Virus record (IMG/VR): IMGVR_UViG_3300025168_000063
Span: 1 to 64,000 of that record
DNA from: a virus
Strand: one strand, 5' to 3'
Length of the DNA: 64,000 nt
This document shows positions 27,862-39,121 of this stretch, piece by piece. How positions within the stretch are numbered: position 1 is the first letter of the stretch; every line of letters starts with the position of its first letter. Under the pieces are notes generated by a model. That model saw only the letters and a program-made list of their open reading frames with translations. It had not been told where the DNA came from and did not search any database. A program made the position numbers and the translations under genes.

Positions 27862-30800
27862 ATGGCGAATACAGACAATAATACAGCTGCAATAATAGAT
27901 CAGTCTAATAGAAGAATATTGGCGGGATATCCGTTTACTATAGATTGTGGTGTCTTAGGTGAAGATAATGTAAACACTACTGGTGGAGAAGTAATTGTAA
28001 CATGGTATAAGGATGGAACATCACTGGCAACAGGATTATCATATACGGTGACTAAGCCAACAGAAGAAGATAGTGGTAATTATTATTTTGTCGCAACAAA
28101 TAACTTTGGATCTACAACCAGTGAATCAGTAACTATAGAAATAATCACTCCAGGAGAAGACCAATTCAAAGTTAATATGGTACAGAATGCATATGGAGAA
28201 AATGGGATTGCAAATTGGACTCCACAAATAGGAAGCTTCAGAATTAAAAAATTCTGGGCCACTTCTGGAGATAAAAGTTGGGCAGGAGCTAATTCTAGAT
28301 TCCCAAACCCAGCATTGATTGATCCTAAATATGCATTACGAGATGGATTGGTATTCTTTACTCCCAATCATATAGAGTATCTAGTTGTAACGGGTACGGG
28401 GGAGAATAAAATCAGGACAATGGTTGAAGCCAACGACGGTCTAGGTTTTACCTCAACATTTCAAGATATTTATATAACAGATCCAGACACTGTTGATATT
28501 ATTGATAGAAAAGTTGAAGGAGTATTTGATGTAGAGGCCAAGTGTTTTGGATATCTAGGTCAAGCAAGAGCTATGGAGGTATATCCTAAAAGTTCTAAAT
28601 ACAATAGTGGTTTTATAACTAAAACTGGAAATGGAGCAGATGATAGACCTGACTATGTAGAAACTATACGTGAGTGTAGAGATGAAGCTAAATTACGATA
28701 TGAATTTTATGATGCTAATGATGAGATGATGAAGGAATTCGAGATGGACAGCTTTAGACCAACTGCAGTAAAAGCTGCATTTGCTATAGGGTACAGATCA
28801 ATTTCAATTCCTCCTGGAACAAGAAGAGTTAGAATCCATATGTTATTTCGAAGAGATGATAGAGAGCATGAGTGGTTGAGCGAAAAGCAAACATTTGCAA
28901 AATCATTTTATTGTGGAATACATGCAGTAAACTTTAGAATATTTATCAACAAGGATGGCTTAAAATTTCCATCAGTAAAATTCAACCCAGATGATATCAT
29001 AGACTCTAATTTAGACGACTTACTCGAACAGCAAATAATGGATGCTCAAGTAGAGCGAGCTAAATGTTCTAACTTGATTGAGACTTTAGGAAATGTAGAG
29101 CTTAGAAATCATATTACTAGCGATTATAAACACCCAACCCAAGATGGGGTCTTGCAAGGAGGTATTGAACAGCTCACAAGGTGGGCAATGCACGAGCAAA
29201 TTAGATACAAACTCACCAACGGGCATACTACCTCCCCATTACCAGGAAAACAAGGAAGTTTATTTCCTATATATGATATAAATAATATTGAAGCAGGCCC
29301 TAGAAGAATCGAACACGGTGATCGTCATTTTGCTTCACGAGCGTGGGATGTAGACAAAAAGACTAGTGGCCATTATGTTCCTCAAGCTGTGACTGCTAAT
29401 CTACATATTAGTAAAAGACTGTCAGCTATCAGCCAAGGACAAGCAAGAGACAGTCATTTATTTCTACAAAAGATGAACTTTATATATAATAATGAAAAAT
29501 TAATAAATCTTATTATTGAAGCCTTTACTGACAGCTACACTTCACTAATGGGACCAGACGGTCTTTCTTGGTGGGAAGCATTTTGGGCAGAATATGGTGT
29601 AAGAGGAGAATTTGGATACAATGCAACACATAAAAAAAATTGGATAGCAGCTGTTGTCGGAGGTAAACCAGAAGATCAAGATTCTGGTACAGTGTCCGAT
29701 AGAATTAAAATTGCTTACGCATTAGCTGGCAATAGAAAAACTAATTCCTATCCATACAACCTCGGCGCTTTATTCTTCAGACCTGGAAAAGGTTTTGGAG
29801 GATCTGATATGATGGATGATGTTTTAACTAATTTATATGGTGGTTTTGAATCTTACTATACTGTAAATTTAGGATTTTTCTGGCACTCTGTAACTCATCA
29901 CTACTGGCAGTCAACGACGGAGGTTGAATTCTCCAAATATTATAATAAAGGATCAAATTATTCAATCCTCAATACTAGCACTTATAATAAGGAACGTTGG
30001 TTAAGTGATGAATATCTCGATGAGTTTAAAGAGAGATTAAATGATGTTGGTGAAGATAGAGTCTACGATGATTCTATTAAAATGACCGTAAAGGAAATAT
30101 ACGAAAGTATATATGATGGCGATAAATCATCAGCAATATTTCAAGATTGCGTGCAGGCGTATGTACCACCAAGTTCCTTCAGCACAAACCACTGGTTCAA
30201 ACCAAACCCAGACGATCCGGATACGTGGTACGATCTTCAAGAGAACTCTGATAAGAAGGAAGTTTATATAGCAAGACTAGAAGATTTATCAGAAACAAAA
30301 AGAGGAGAATTTACATACTCTCCGTATGATAGAGGTGGTTATACAATTGGATATCACTATCCGTGTGAGATAATCGATCAAAATCCTGTAGCATATTCCA
30401 CATGGGATAACAATCTTATTCTTACCGAATCACAGCCAATGATTGCAAAAATTATTTGGCCAGGAATGGGTAGTAGTCTTTGGTTTAAATACCGAGATCT
30501 AATGTATAATATAAACGAATATACCATAATGGATTATAGTCTGGATGATATGGTAGGTAAAATAACTGAATCAAAATGGAAAATGTTAGAAAACTTCTTT
30601 ATAACAACAAGATCTCCTATCGTATTTAATGAAAAAATTTCAATGAAATCTGCTCCATACAATGGAAGCCCTACGGGGAATTTTGATTTTAAGGACTCTG
30701 ATCGAAACAATACATGGCATGGATATTATTCTCAACATAAGTATTTGGATGATAATATGATATTTGACACTCCTGGCAAGTCCTATAATGGGGAAAGCTT

Positions 30801-31227
30801 CATAACAAAGAGCACCACTCTCGGTACTGGTAATAAGGACAGATGGATAGACCATAAGCAACTAACCGTTCCTGAATTTTACAAGAAAAGTGTATTATCA
30901 GGAGACTTAAATAATATGCCGCAAGATGCACCTTTCAGATATCAAGGAGCTAACCCAACTAAATGTTTAACAAACTACTCAGCTGATGATGGAGTAACGA
31001 GTCTTGTATTAAATAAAGGAGCTAACCTAGGACCATCATCTGCTTCAAGACTTGCAAGACTCGATAAGATGTTAAGAACATATGCAATGGCCTTTGCACG
31101 AAGATATTACTTATCCAAACGAATAAGTTTTCTGAATGCTGAACTACAAGAAGCATTGGATTGGGTTGACACACAAGGTGATGAATATGGATACGATCAA
31201 ACAAATACGGCCGTCGAAGACGACTAG
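27862..31227 (+). CDS. Large virion protein with N-terminal Ig-like domain
   Basis: VTWYKDG...EDSGNYYFVATNNFGSTTS. Confidence 0.75.
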   Translation: MANTDNNTAAIIDQSNRRILAGYPFTIDCGVLGEDNVNTTGGEVIVTWYKDGTSLATGLSYTVTKPTEEDSGNYYFVATNNFGSTTSESVTIEIITPGEDQFKVNMVQNAYGENGIANWTPQIGSFRIKKFWATSGDKSWAGANSRFPNPALIDPKYALRDGLVFFTPNHIEYLVVTGTGENKIRTMVEANDGLGFTSTFQDIYITDPDTVDIIDRKVEGVFDVEAKCFGYLGQARAMEVYPKSSKYNSGFITKTGNGADDRPDYVETIRECRDEAKLRYEFYDANDEMMKEFEMDSFRPTAVKAAFAIGYRSISIPPGTRRVRIHMLFRRDDREHEWLSEKQTFAKSFYCGIHAVNFRIFINKDGLKFPSVKFNPDDIIDSNLDDLLEQQIMDAQVERAKCSNLIETLGNVELRNHITSDYKHPTQDGVLQGGIEQLTRWAMHEQIRYKLTNGHTTSPLPGKQGSLFPIYDINNIEAGPRRIEHGDRHFASRAWDVDKKTSGHYVPQAVTANLHISKRLSAISQGQARDSHLFLQKMNFIYNNEKLINLIIEAFTDSYTSLMGPDGLSWWEAFWAEYGVRGEFGYNATHKKNWIAAVVGGKPEDQDSGTVSDRIKIAYALAGNRKTNSYPYNLGALFFRPGKGFGGSDMMDDVLTNLYGGFESYYTVNLGFFWHSVTHHYWQSTTEVEFSKYYNKGSNYSILNTSTYNKERWLSDEYLDEFKERLNDVGEDRVYDDSIKMTVKEIYESIYDGDKSSAIFQDCVQAYVPPSSFSTNHWFKPNPDDPDTWYDLQENSDKKEVYIARLEDLSETKRGEFTYSPYDRGGYTIGYHYPCEIIDQNPVAYSTWDNNLILTESQPMIAKIIWPGMGSSLWFKYRDLMYNINEYTIMDYSLDDMVGKITESKWKMLENFFITTRSPIVFNEKISMKSAPYNGSPTGNFDFKDSDRNNTWHGYYSQHKYLDDNMIFDTPGKSYNGESFITKSTTLGTGNKDRWIDHKQLTVPEFYKKSVLSGDLNNMPQDAPFRYQGANPTKCLTNYSADDGVTSLVLNKGANLGPSSASRLARLDKMLRTYAMAFARRYYLSKRISFLNAELQEALDWVDTQGDEYGYDQTNTAVEDD

Positions 31228-31238
31228 TGAGGATATAA

Positions 31239-34200
31239 ATGAGTAAATTTGGAACAGAAGACATATTAAACATTGGAACTGGAAGAATAGTTTCTGATGG
31301 TGCTCTATATAAGGCAGCACAGCCTATTGGAGCGCGGCTGTCCGTTATTGTATATAACGCTCAAGGTGAATTTATACAAAGCCAAACCTTCAATCCATCA
31401 ACCGACGCTCCACGTGGTAATCCTAATTTTGTAGAATACTACTCAATGTACAAAAGTCTGAAGATAGATGATATACCAAATACTTCAGGTCTGCAAATAA
31501 ACATGCAAGGTGTATTGACAGCTATGGGATTACCTCAAGGCGTATATCACATCGTTACTAATTTGGTTACTATACTAGATCCAGCTGCTATCATAAAAGA
31601 TATTTCAACCGATAGAACTGAAATACGGTTCGATGGAATTCCATCATCTGGAGATAACAATACTACTTTTGGACTCAACGAATTACCAGAACATTTGGGT
31701 AATCATAAGCTAGAACTAGGTATGGGTAGATTCGTTGGTATGATCAACTGGACAACGGAAGCTGGAAATATTATTACAAAACTAGACTCCGCTCTCCCAG
31801 CTGATATATTCACTGGCGGTGCCTATGGATTGTATATAAATATAACTGATCCATCAAAGACTATAATCGAATGGGAAATAGAAGGTGAGGATATTACATA
31901 TCAATATCTACATCCCAACTTTGACATAAAAATAAGATCCGGAACTCCAGCAGCAACAGAATTCAAAACATCTGAAGATATTCTTGGAACGATCAAAGAA
32001 ACAAAAGATAAGCTGATAAATAAACACCTCAGTCAAAGCTATGGTGAAACGGAAGTAAACATAAACTACCAAGACCCTACAGAGTTTATTCATTTTTCAT
32101 CATATGAAGAGCGATTATTAAACTTTAAATACAAGCTTCAGCAAATAGAAAAATATTCAACGGAAATCTCTGCGTCTGATACAATAACTGGAGCTATAGC
32201 TTCTTCGGATGTGGTTGTGATAGATAGATCTGCAATTGTCGATAAGCAATCAAATATAATATCATCATTTGACAAATTTGAACAGTATATGTATAATGAA
32301 TCATCCTCAGACATCTCAGGATCGTATGGAGAATTCTGGTCGAATGCTTGGCCAAAGAGTACCACTATACCACCTCATAAAATACAAGCTACAACATCCT
32401 CAGAGGCTACAACTTGGTTGACAGGAGCACTTACATCAGCTTCATATTATGATAGGATGAATCAAGATATGCTATCAAAAGCATTGCCTCAGTATATTCT
32501 AGAAGATCCAAACAATTCTACCATGTTTACACTAGTCGATATGATAGGACAGCATTATGATGTAGTATGGACATACATAAAAGGTATCACAGATACTAAC
32601 ATCAGAGATGAGGATCTTAATACTGGTATAGCAAAAAATCTATTATGGAATGTAGGAACATCTTTAGGTATGAATTTACCAAATGGAAACTCTGCTGAAG
32701 ACCTTTGGAAATGGTCGTTGGGGACTGATGCATCTGGAAGTTTTGCATCATCCGGTACCGGATTTGAATCCGGATCTCTACCACAACTGACCTCAGAAGA
32801 TGTGACTAAATCTATATGGAGCAGATTGATAAATAATCTTCCATACTTCTTAAAAACAAAAGGTACTAAGAGAGGAGTAAAAGCTGTACTAGCTTGTTAT
32901 GGTGTACCGGATACTGTAATAGATATAAAAGAATATGGAGGACCAAAAGGCTTACAAGATAATGAGCGTCAATTTCTTCAAGAGGAACGAGCAACGTATG
33001 CACTTCAAATAGATAGAGGTGAAAAGCTACAATTGAAAACGGCAAAGCATGGTACGAGTGGACAAACGCCAAGAGCATTCGAATTCAGATTCAAAACAAA
33101 TCAAAAAGACGATCAAGTTTTATTAGAGCGAAGCAAGCATACTGGAGGAAATGGAGGAAACTGGTTTATTAATATGCACCACAGCTCATCTATATCTCAA
33201 ACAATTACACCTAACTACTCATCTACAAACATACCACTAATTGCACAGACTCCAAAAACTGGAAAGGGTGAGTGGGGAAGATTAACATTTTTCCTCTCTG
33301 CATCAAATATATCAGATCCAGCAGCTAGCATGATCTCTGCATCTACTGATTATCTTCCTTTATATAATGGAGATTGGTGGAATGTAGTATTGCAAACGGA
33401 AGTAACTGCATCAACGGATGCAACATCAGACAATACAAATGATGGTCAAAAATGGCAGTTGATATGTAAGAGTGCAAAAGACCATTCAAATGGAAAAATC
33501 ACCCACTCAAGTACTACCACATTAAACAATCACACAGGATCGTACTCAGCTAGTTTTAATTACGCTTGGAGATATATACACAATTCAGATGAGAGTCTTT
33601 GGAGCTTTGGTGGAGAAAAACAAACTTCTGTAGCTACTAGATACGATGCAACTGGAATCACGGGTCTTACAGAAACCGTAAAACAGTTTAGTGGATCTAT
33701 GCAAGAAATTAGAATATGGGGAGATGATGGTACAAACTCAGATTACTTATCTGACAATGTTATAGAAACGCACACACTATCACCTAGATCGTATGTTGGA
33801 AACAACTTCTCATCTTCATATGATAATCTATGGGCAAGATTCCCATTAGGCTCTGAGTGGCAGAAATATAATCTATCTGGATCAGCCTTAATATCATCTA
33901 GCCACCCTAACCAACTAGTGGACTGGACTGGAGGTACATCCCCAATAGGAAGTACCAAGCTACATTTAACAGCAAGCTCATTTACGGACGGTACTACTGG
34001 GAGCAATGGTACACATTTTGAACCTTCATATGAAACATATTATACAACTATCCCATCATATCCTTCAAATGGTATATCATCGACTAAAGTTCGACTAGAA
34101 GACTCCATGTTGTTAAAACCGTTAAGTGCATTCGATAAAGCTGAGCTCAGTGAATTCGACAGACATCCAAAGGATACCAATACGGTAGGTGTACATATAT

Positions 34201-35444
34201 CACTACAACATCAAATCAATAGAGATATAGCATATCAATTTGGTGATATGAGAGTAGATGATTATATAGGAGACCCAGCACATTTATCATTAGACAATTA
34301 TCCAGATTTAGAAGAACTTAAAAACTTCTACTTTAAAAAATTAAATAACAAGCCTGATATGGCGGACTTCAATAGAATATTAACATACTATGATGTTAGT
34401 ATGTTTGAGATGATAAAGCGAATGATGCCGGCACGAGCAAATGCATATGTTGGATTATTAATAGAACCACATATTTTAGAAAGAAGTAAAATACAAAAAC
34501 TGCCAGTCCTAGAACAAAATCAACCTTTTTACTCAACTAAAGTTGATGTACGCACAGACATATTTCCATTATCTATGTCATCAACATTTGTATCAGAACA
34601 TTCAGCAAGTCTATTAACTACAGGAGGTGAAAATTGGTTCAGGTTTAACGCTGCAGCAGCAAACTCATCCTCACACGGTCAATTAGATGATACAATTATA
34701 TTATCTAACAGTGCATCATATAATGGATCGAGGTACCAATGGACACAACATTATAGAAACAAAAATGCAGATGGAACATTTACCGTTGGATCGTATATAC
34801 ATACGAGTAATCCATTCAACACAGTTGTAACGGGATCTTCACTATCTCAAATTTGGAAAACGAGATTATTCAAATACAGCTCATCATTTTCAGCGTCATG
34901 GGATTCTGATAGAGGAATAATGGCAGGTACGTTAGGGTATGGATTAAATTCGACAAATGCAGATAGTTGGAATTCATCTCTTCAATCAGTCGAAAACGGA
35001 AAGTTTGACCGTCAGCGAGGTAAGGCGCATATATATCCATTGATAGGAGACGTTCCATTAACAGCAGCTGAACGACAGGATACTAGATTCTCTGGATTTG
35101 ATAATGCAAGGTATAACGGCTCTAAGCTTGTAGCAGGAGGATATAATGAAGACACGCCAAGCACACCAGATGGATCTCCAGTAATTTCACTGTTTGATAC
35201 AAATCCAAACCAATTAATAGTTACCTCTCCAAGCGTTTATGGTGGCTCGTTACTTGTTCCTGGAATATCTAAATGGAACACGAAATCGAAATATGGAACT
35301 CAAGGGTGGGATAAATTTGGAAATCCAGTAATGCTGATAAGTAAAGATGGGCCACAAGTAACAACTCAAAAAGCTAATTCTGGAGTCAAGGTGACAACTG
35401 GAGGAAACACACAGCAAGCTTCACAAGGTAATGCTTATAAGTAA
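31239..35444 (+). CDS. Baseplate wedge protein (gp7/P2 gpI-like) with LamG-like insert
   Basis: LPQYI...MIGQHYD; LPYFLKTKGTKRG; FSGSMQEIRIW. Confidence 0.7.
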   Translation: MSKFGTEDILNIGTGRIVSDGALYKAAQPIGARLSVIVYNAQGEFIQSQTFNPSTDAPRGNPNFVEYYSMYKSLKIDDIPNTSGLQINMQGVLTAMGLPQGVYHIVTNLVTILDPAAIIKDISTDRTEIRFDGIPSSGDNNTTFGLNELPEHLGNHKLELGMGRFVGMINWTTEAGNIITKLDSALPADIFTGGAYGLYINITDPSKTIIEWEIEGEDITYQYLHPNFDIKIRSGTPAATEFKTSEDILGTIKETKDKLINKHLSQSYGETEVNINYQDPTEFIHFSSYEERLLNFKYKLQQIEKYSTEISASDTITGAIASSDVVVIDRSAIVDKQSNIISSFDKFEQYMYNESSSDISGSYGEFWSNAWPKSTTIPPHKIQATTSSEATTWLTGALTSASYYDRMNQDMLSKALPQYILEDPNNSTMFTLVDMIGQHYDVVWTYIKGITDTNIRDEDLNTGIAKNLLWNVGTSLGMNLPNGNSAEDLWKWSLGTDASGSFASSGTGFESGSLPQLTSEDVTKSIWSRLINNLPYFLKTKGTKRGVKAVLACYGVPDTVIDIKEYGGPKGLQDNERQFLQEERATYALQIDRGEKLQLKTAKHGTSGQTPRAFEFRFKTNQKDDQVLLERSKHTGGNGGNWFINMHHSSSISQTITPNYSSTNIPLIAQTPKTGKGEWGRLTFFLSASNISDPAASMISASTDYLPLYNGDWWNVVLQTEVTASTDATSDNTNDGQKWQLICKSAKDHSNGKITHSSTTTLNNHTGSYSASFNYAWRYIHNSDESLWSFGGEKQTSVATRYDATGITGLTETVKQFSGSMQEIRIWGDDGTNSDYLSDNVIETHTLSPRSYVGNNFSSSYDNLWARFPLGSEWQKYNLSGSALISSSHPNQLVDWTGGTSPIGSTKLHLTASSFTDGTTGSNGTHFEPSYETYYTTIPSYPSNGISSTKVRLEDSMLLKPLSAFDKAELSEFDRHPKDTNTVGVHISLQHQINRDIAYQFGDMRVDDYIGDPAHLSLDNYPDLEELKNFYFKKLNNKPDMADFNRILTYYDVSMFEMIKRMMPARANAYVGLLIEPHILERSKIQKLPVLEQNQPFYSTKVDVRTDIFPLSMSSTFVSEHSASLLTTGGENWFRFNAAAANSSSHGQLDDTIILSNSASYNGSRYQWTQHYRNKNADGTFTVGSYIHTSNPFNTVVTGSSLSQIWKTRLFKYSSSFSASWDSDRGIMAGTLGYGLNSTNADSWNSSLQSVENGKFDRQRGKAHIYPLIGDVPLTAAERQDTRFSGFDNARYNGSKLVAGGYNEDTPSTPDGSPVISLFDTNPNQLIVTSPSVYGGSLLVPGISKWNTKSKYGTQGWDKFGNPVMLISKDGPQVTTQKANSGVKVTTGGNTQQASQGNAYK

Positions 35445-35485
35445 TAACATAGTAGTGTATATATAAGTTTTTTGGTATAGCGACA

Positions 35486-35492
35486 TATTTAT
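35486..35492 (+). promoter_or_regulatory. Putative late promoter TATTTAT
   Basis: Intergenic, followed by AAGGAG. Confidence 0.65.
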
Positions 35493-35520
35493 ATTAGAGA
35501 AACAAAAGGAGAAATAATCC

Positions 35521-36153
35521 ATGGGATATTTAGACAACACAACAGTAACAGTAGATGCAATTCTTACAAAGAAAGGAAGAGAATTACTCGCACAAGGCGG
35601 TAATGCATTTAATATTACAAAATTTGCTTTATCAGATGATGAGGTAGATTATAATCTGTACATGCCAGCGCATACAGAAGGTACAGCAAAATATGGTGAA
35701 GCTATTGAAGCAATGCCAGTAGTAGAAGCGGTACCAGATCAGAATTATGTATTAAGACATAAATTAATTACATTACCTAAGGGTAATTTAAAACTTCCAA
35801 AGGTAGGTGTTGGAGGAGCTGAAACATTCAACTTAAGCAATATAAATACAACATCACCTATGATTACACCAGTAGTAACAAATTTCCAAAGTATAGACAT
35901 GTCTCAAGGATTTACGTTTGTAATTGGAGACACTGACGTCATTCAACCAATAAACTGGACAGCAGTCTCAGGAGTCCCAATTGGATCAGGAAATACAAGA
36001 GTTGCGAAAGCTATACAATTCCAAGCAATGCCACAGACGGTAGAAGCAAAATCAACTACAGTAACAATTACTGGTAGAGCTACGGGTGGACACTTGACAT
36101 TAACGTTTAATGTAGCTAAGGATGTTGTTAATAACGATACTTTCGCATCATAA
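35521..36153 (+). CDS. Virion structural protein
   Basis: MGYLDN...DAILTKKGRELLA...ITKFALSDDEVDY. Confidence 0.75.
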   Translation: MGYLDNTTVTVDAILTKKGRELLAQGGNAFNITKFALSDDEVDYNLYMPAHTEGTAKYGEAIEAMPVVEAVPDQNYVLRHKLITLPKGNLKLPKVGVGGAETFNLSNINTTSPMITPVVTNFQSIDMSQGFTFVIGDTDVIQPINWTAVSGVPIGSGNTRVAKAIQFQAMPQTVEAKSTTVTITGRATGGHLTLTFNVAKDVVNNDTFAS

Positions 36154-36165
36154 GGAGAATAAACC

Positions 36166-37185
36166 ATGGCATACACATATACAAATTTTGACGTATCTGA
36201 TGATATAGTATCAGAAGTCTCAGAGATTCAAACTGCACCTATATGGTCAGATAATACTGCAACTCTATCTGCATTCTTCACTTCTTCCGCACAGAGTGGA
36301 AGTGCAAATGTAAACTCATATCTAGATATTTTAGATGGTACAACAGCTACAGCAACATCACAGTTTTCTATAACATATGGACATTACGCGGGAAGCGGCT
36401 CAGCCGATTATGACAATACATCTAAACCTGGCGTATCACCAACAAGAGCTATTTATGGCCAATACGCGAATATGCTTTTAGCTGATGGAACTGATAAATT
36501 TACTGTAGGTGGATCTGAGATAGATGATATCCTTGTTATCAATGTTAATAGAGCAAGATTCAAAGAACAACTAGATCCAGGAAACTGGCAATTGAATTTG
36601 GACGGAAATGGAAAGCAATTTAGTGATGTATTACATCTAGTAGATTCTAGCGATTCAGCTACATCTACAATAAATGAAGCAGGTCGAGTATATGATATAG
36701 TATCAGGATCTATTACAAATGGTCCTTTCTCTACAGCAGCATCGCATTCATTTGGAAAAGTATTTGTAGATCAAGGCGTGTTAGTCTTAGATCCTACTAA
36801 ACTTGCAAATGCGACGACTTATGTAAGAACAGTAGGGTCAAATGCATTTGGAGATAATGTTGCGTCATTCTTAAACACAATCACAGGTTCAGCGGTAGGC
36901 GCGACTCCGAAGTTTACAGCAAGAAACAAAGAAGAAGTAAAATCTACACATTATTTTGTTAGAGTAAAAAATCAAGCATATAATTACTCAGATAATCCAA
37001 CATTCGTAACTGGTTCTGATGCAACTTTAAGATACGCAGACTTTAAGAATAATCCAAATACATACATAACAACTGTTGGAATGTATGATGATAATGACAA
37101 TTGTCTTGCAATTGCAAAATTAAGCAAACCATTGCTAAAATCATTCAGTCGCGAAGCGTTAATTAAAGTTAAACTTGAATACTAA
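36166..37185 (+). CDS. Virion/baseplate protein with tail-collar-like C-terminus
   Basis: YITTVGMYDD...LAIAKLSKPLLK. Confidence 0.7.
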   Translation: MAYTYTNFDVSDDIVSEVSEIQTAPIWSDNTATLSAFFTSSAQSGSANVNSYLDILDGTTATATSQFSITYGHYAGSGSADYDNTSKPGVSPTRAIYGQYANMLLADGTDKFTVGGSEIDDILVINVNRARFKEQLDPGNWQLNLDGNGKQFSDVLHLVDSSDSATSTINEAGRVYDIVSGSITNGPFSTAASHSFGKVFVDQGVLVLDPTKLANATTYVRTVGSNAFGDNVASFLNTITGSAVGATPKFTARNKEEVKSTHYFVRVKNQAYNYSDNPTFVTGSDATLRYADFKNNPNTYITTVGMYDDNDNCLAIAKLSKPLLKSFSREALIKVKLEY

Positions 37186-37216
37186 ACAATATTCAGGAAC
37201 ATTGGAATGATAAAAC

Positions 37217-39121
37217 ATGGGTCTAATAGTAAAGTCTTTACAGATAGGCGAGAAATCTCGTACTAAATTCAAGATACATAAGGGGTATGATGTAACACGT
37301 GCAAACTCCTCAAGTCTTGGAATAGAGACATACCTAGCAGAATACCAAACGGGATCTCTGGTTTCTTGGAACACCTCATCATCAGATCCAACTACAAAAG
37401 ACGGATACTATCGAAATCAAATACACCATTCTATAAACACTTTATTCTACAGAAATTACACAAACCACCCAGGAGAAACAGCAAGTCCAGGAGGAGCCTT
37501 TCCTCAAAATCAAAAACGTATATTAGATCGAAAGGCTACTGTAATATCAGTCCCTCAGAAAAGATTTGGTGAGCGAGTACATCCAGGTACGTTTAAGATA
37601 GTAGGTAAGAATTCTGTAACTATTAATGATGATAAAAATGGAAACTTAATTGATCCGGATATAGCTACTACCTATATGATACCAAGTGCATCTGAATTGA
37701 TGAGACTATCATTTAATGAGTGTCATGAATTTAGTGGATTGATGGATGGCTCAGAACCAAGCTACAGAAGAGAATATCAATTAAATTTTTCTGGATCAAA
37801 GCATCATTATGTGACTGACTTCCAATTGGATGATACTAGTTTAGTAAGAAATAAAATATATGCATATAATATGCGATTCGAAGAACGGGATGGAACTTTT
37901 GGAACACATGCAGTATTTAATGGACTTGGAGGATCTAATTCTCCAATCAATGGAGTTAATCCTGGTCGAGGAGGTCATGGAAATATAATAGTATCAGATA
38001 GACATCAAATGTGGGATCGATTCAAGTTTGATAAAGACGATGATTTCGCTGTAGCATTCTGGACAAAAATACCAACATCACAATCTGTAACTCAAAGCTA
38101 TGAAGGATATGAGTCAACATCAGACAATTTAGAATATGCAACCACAACATACGATCATGATACAAACGTTCTAATCGCTAGAAAAGGTATGGGAAAATGG
38201 AGGAAAAGTCCATTTATAATAGAAACCTATAATCAAAGAAGAGGTGATGTAGACACTGATGACTCAGGCGATGTAGGTAAACTAGTATTAAGAAGAGGTA
38301 GTCACGCTCAATGTCTACATGATGGTTCTCCACAACTAACCTCATCAGCTCAACTTAATGATGGTGAATGGCACCACGTTGTATATCAACATCAAACTGG
38401 TAGTAATGAGTTTTGGGTAGATGGAATTAAACAGACCTCAGCAAGCGATGGAGCTCTAAAATGTACTACAAACACTCCTATTTGTATAGGAGGAGCTCTC
38501 CAAGGATATGTAACTGCATCGGCTAAACGTGTGTATGAAGGAACTTCTCCCGAACTAGCATCTAGAGGTGCCTCCTTCACTGATATAATTAAATGGCATT
38601 ATTCAGATCAGGGTGGATACTCACACAGCTCGCCTAAAAACGTAGTACAACCACTTTCAGGTTCAATGGATGAAGTTAGGATATTTAATAAAGCTCTATC
38701 CCATAAAGAAATAGCTTTTCTAAGTGCGAGTAATAATACAAATCAAGTAGGTAATATATTTTATAATCATGGATTTGGATGTATTACCCATCCTCACTCA
38801 AAATATCAAGACGTAATGAACGATCTGAATGCAACCATCAATCTCAATGGCTCTACGCAATTGACCGAATTAGAATATGTACTAAATGTCAAGGCTCATG
38901 AGTTTGACGGATCAGAAAATATAACCCTACGAAAAGGAGAACTTCCAGATAATATAGAAATGAAAGATTTTGCAACAAGCTCAGCATTTTCACCATATAT
39001 ATCAACTTTAGGATTATACAATGATAGCTTAGAATTGTTAGGAATTGCAAAGCTAGCTCAGCCACTAAAAAAACCTACTGATTATGATCTTACTTTTATT
39101 CTAAGACTGGATACACTGTAA
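37217..39121 (+). CDS. LamG-containing virion protein, C-terminus paralogous to the previous gene
   Basis: VAFW, DGEWHHV, FWVDG, GSMDEVRIFNKALS; YISTLGLYND...GIAKLAQPLKK. Confidence 0.8.
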   Translation: MGLIVKSLQIGEKSRTKFKIHKGYDVTRANSSSLGIETYLAEYQTGSLVSWNTSSSDPTTKDGYYRNQIHHSINTLFYRNYTNHPGETASPGGAFPQNQKRILDRKATVISVPQKRFGERVHPGTFKIVGKNSVTINDDKNGNLIDPDIATTYMIPSASELMRLSFNECHEFSGLMDGSEPSYRREYQLNFSGSKHHYVTDFQLDDTSLVRNKIYAYNMRFEERDGTFGTHAVFNGLGGSNSPINGVNPGRGGHGNIIVSDRHQMWDRFKFDKDDDFAVAFWTKIPTSQSVTQSYEGYESTSDNLEYATTTYDHDTNVLIARKGMGKWRKSPFIIETYNQRRGDVDTDDSGDVGKLVLRRGSHAQCLHDGSPQLTSSAQLNDGEWHHVVYQHQTGSNEFWVDGIKQTSASDGALKCTTNTPICIGGALQGYVTASAKRVYEGTSPELASRGASFTDIIKWHYSDQGGYSHSSPKNVVQPLSGSMDEVRIFNKALSHKEIAFLSASNNTNQVGNIFYNHGFGCITHPHSKYQDVMNDLNATINLNGSTQLTELEYVLNVKAHEFDGSENITLRKGELPDNIEMKDFATSSAFSPYISTLGLYNDSLELLGIAKLAQPLKKPTDYDLTFILRLDTL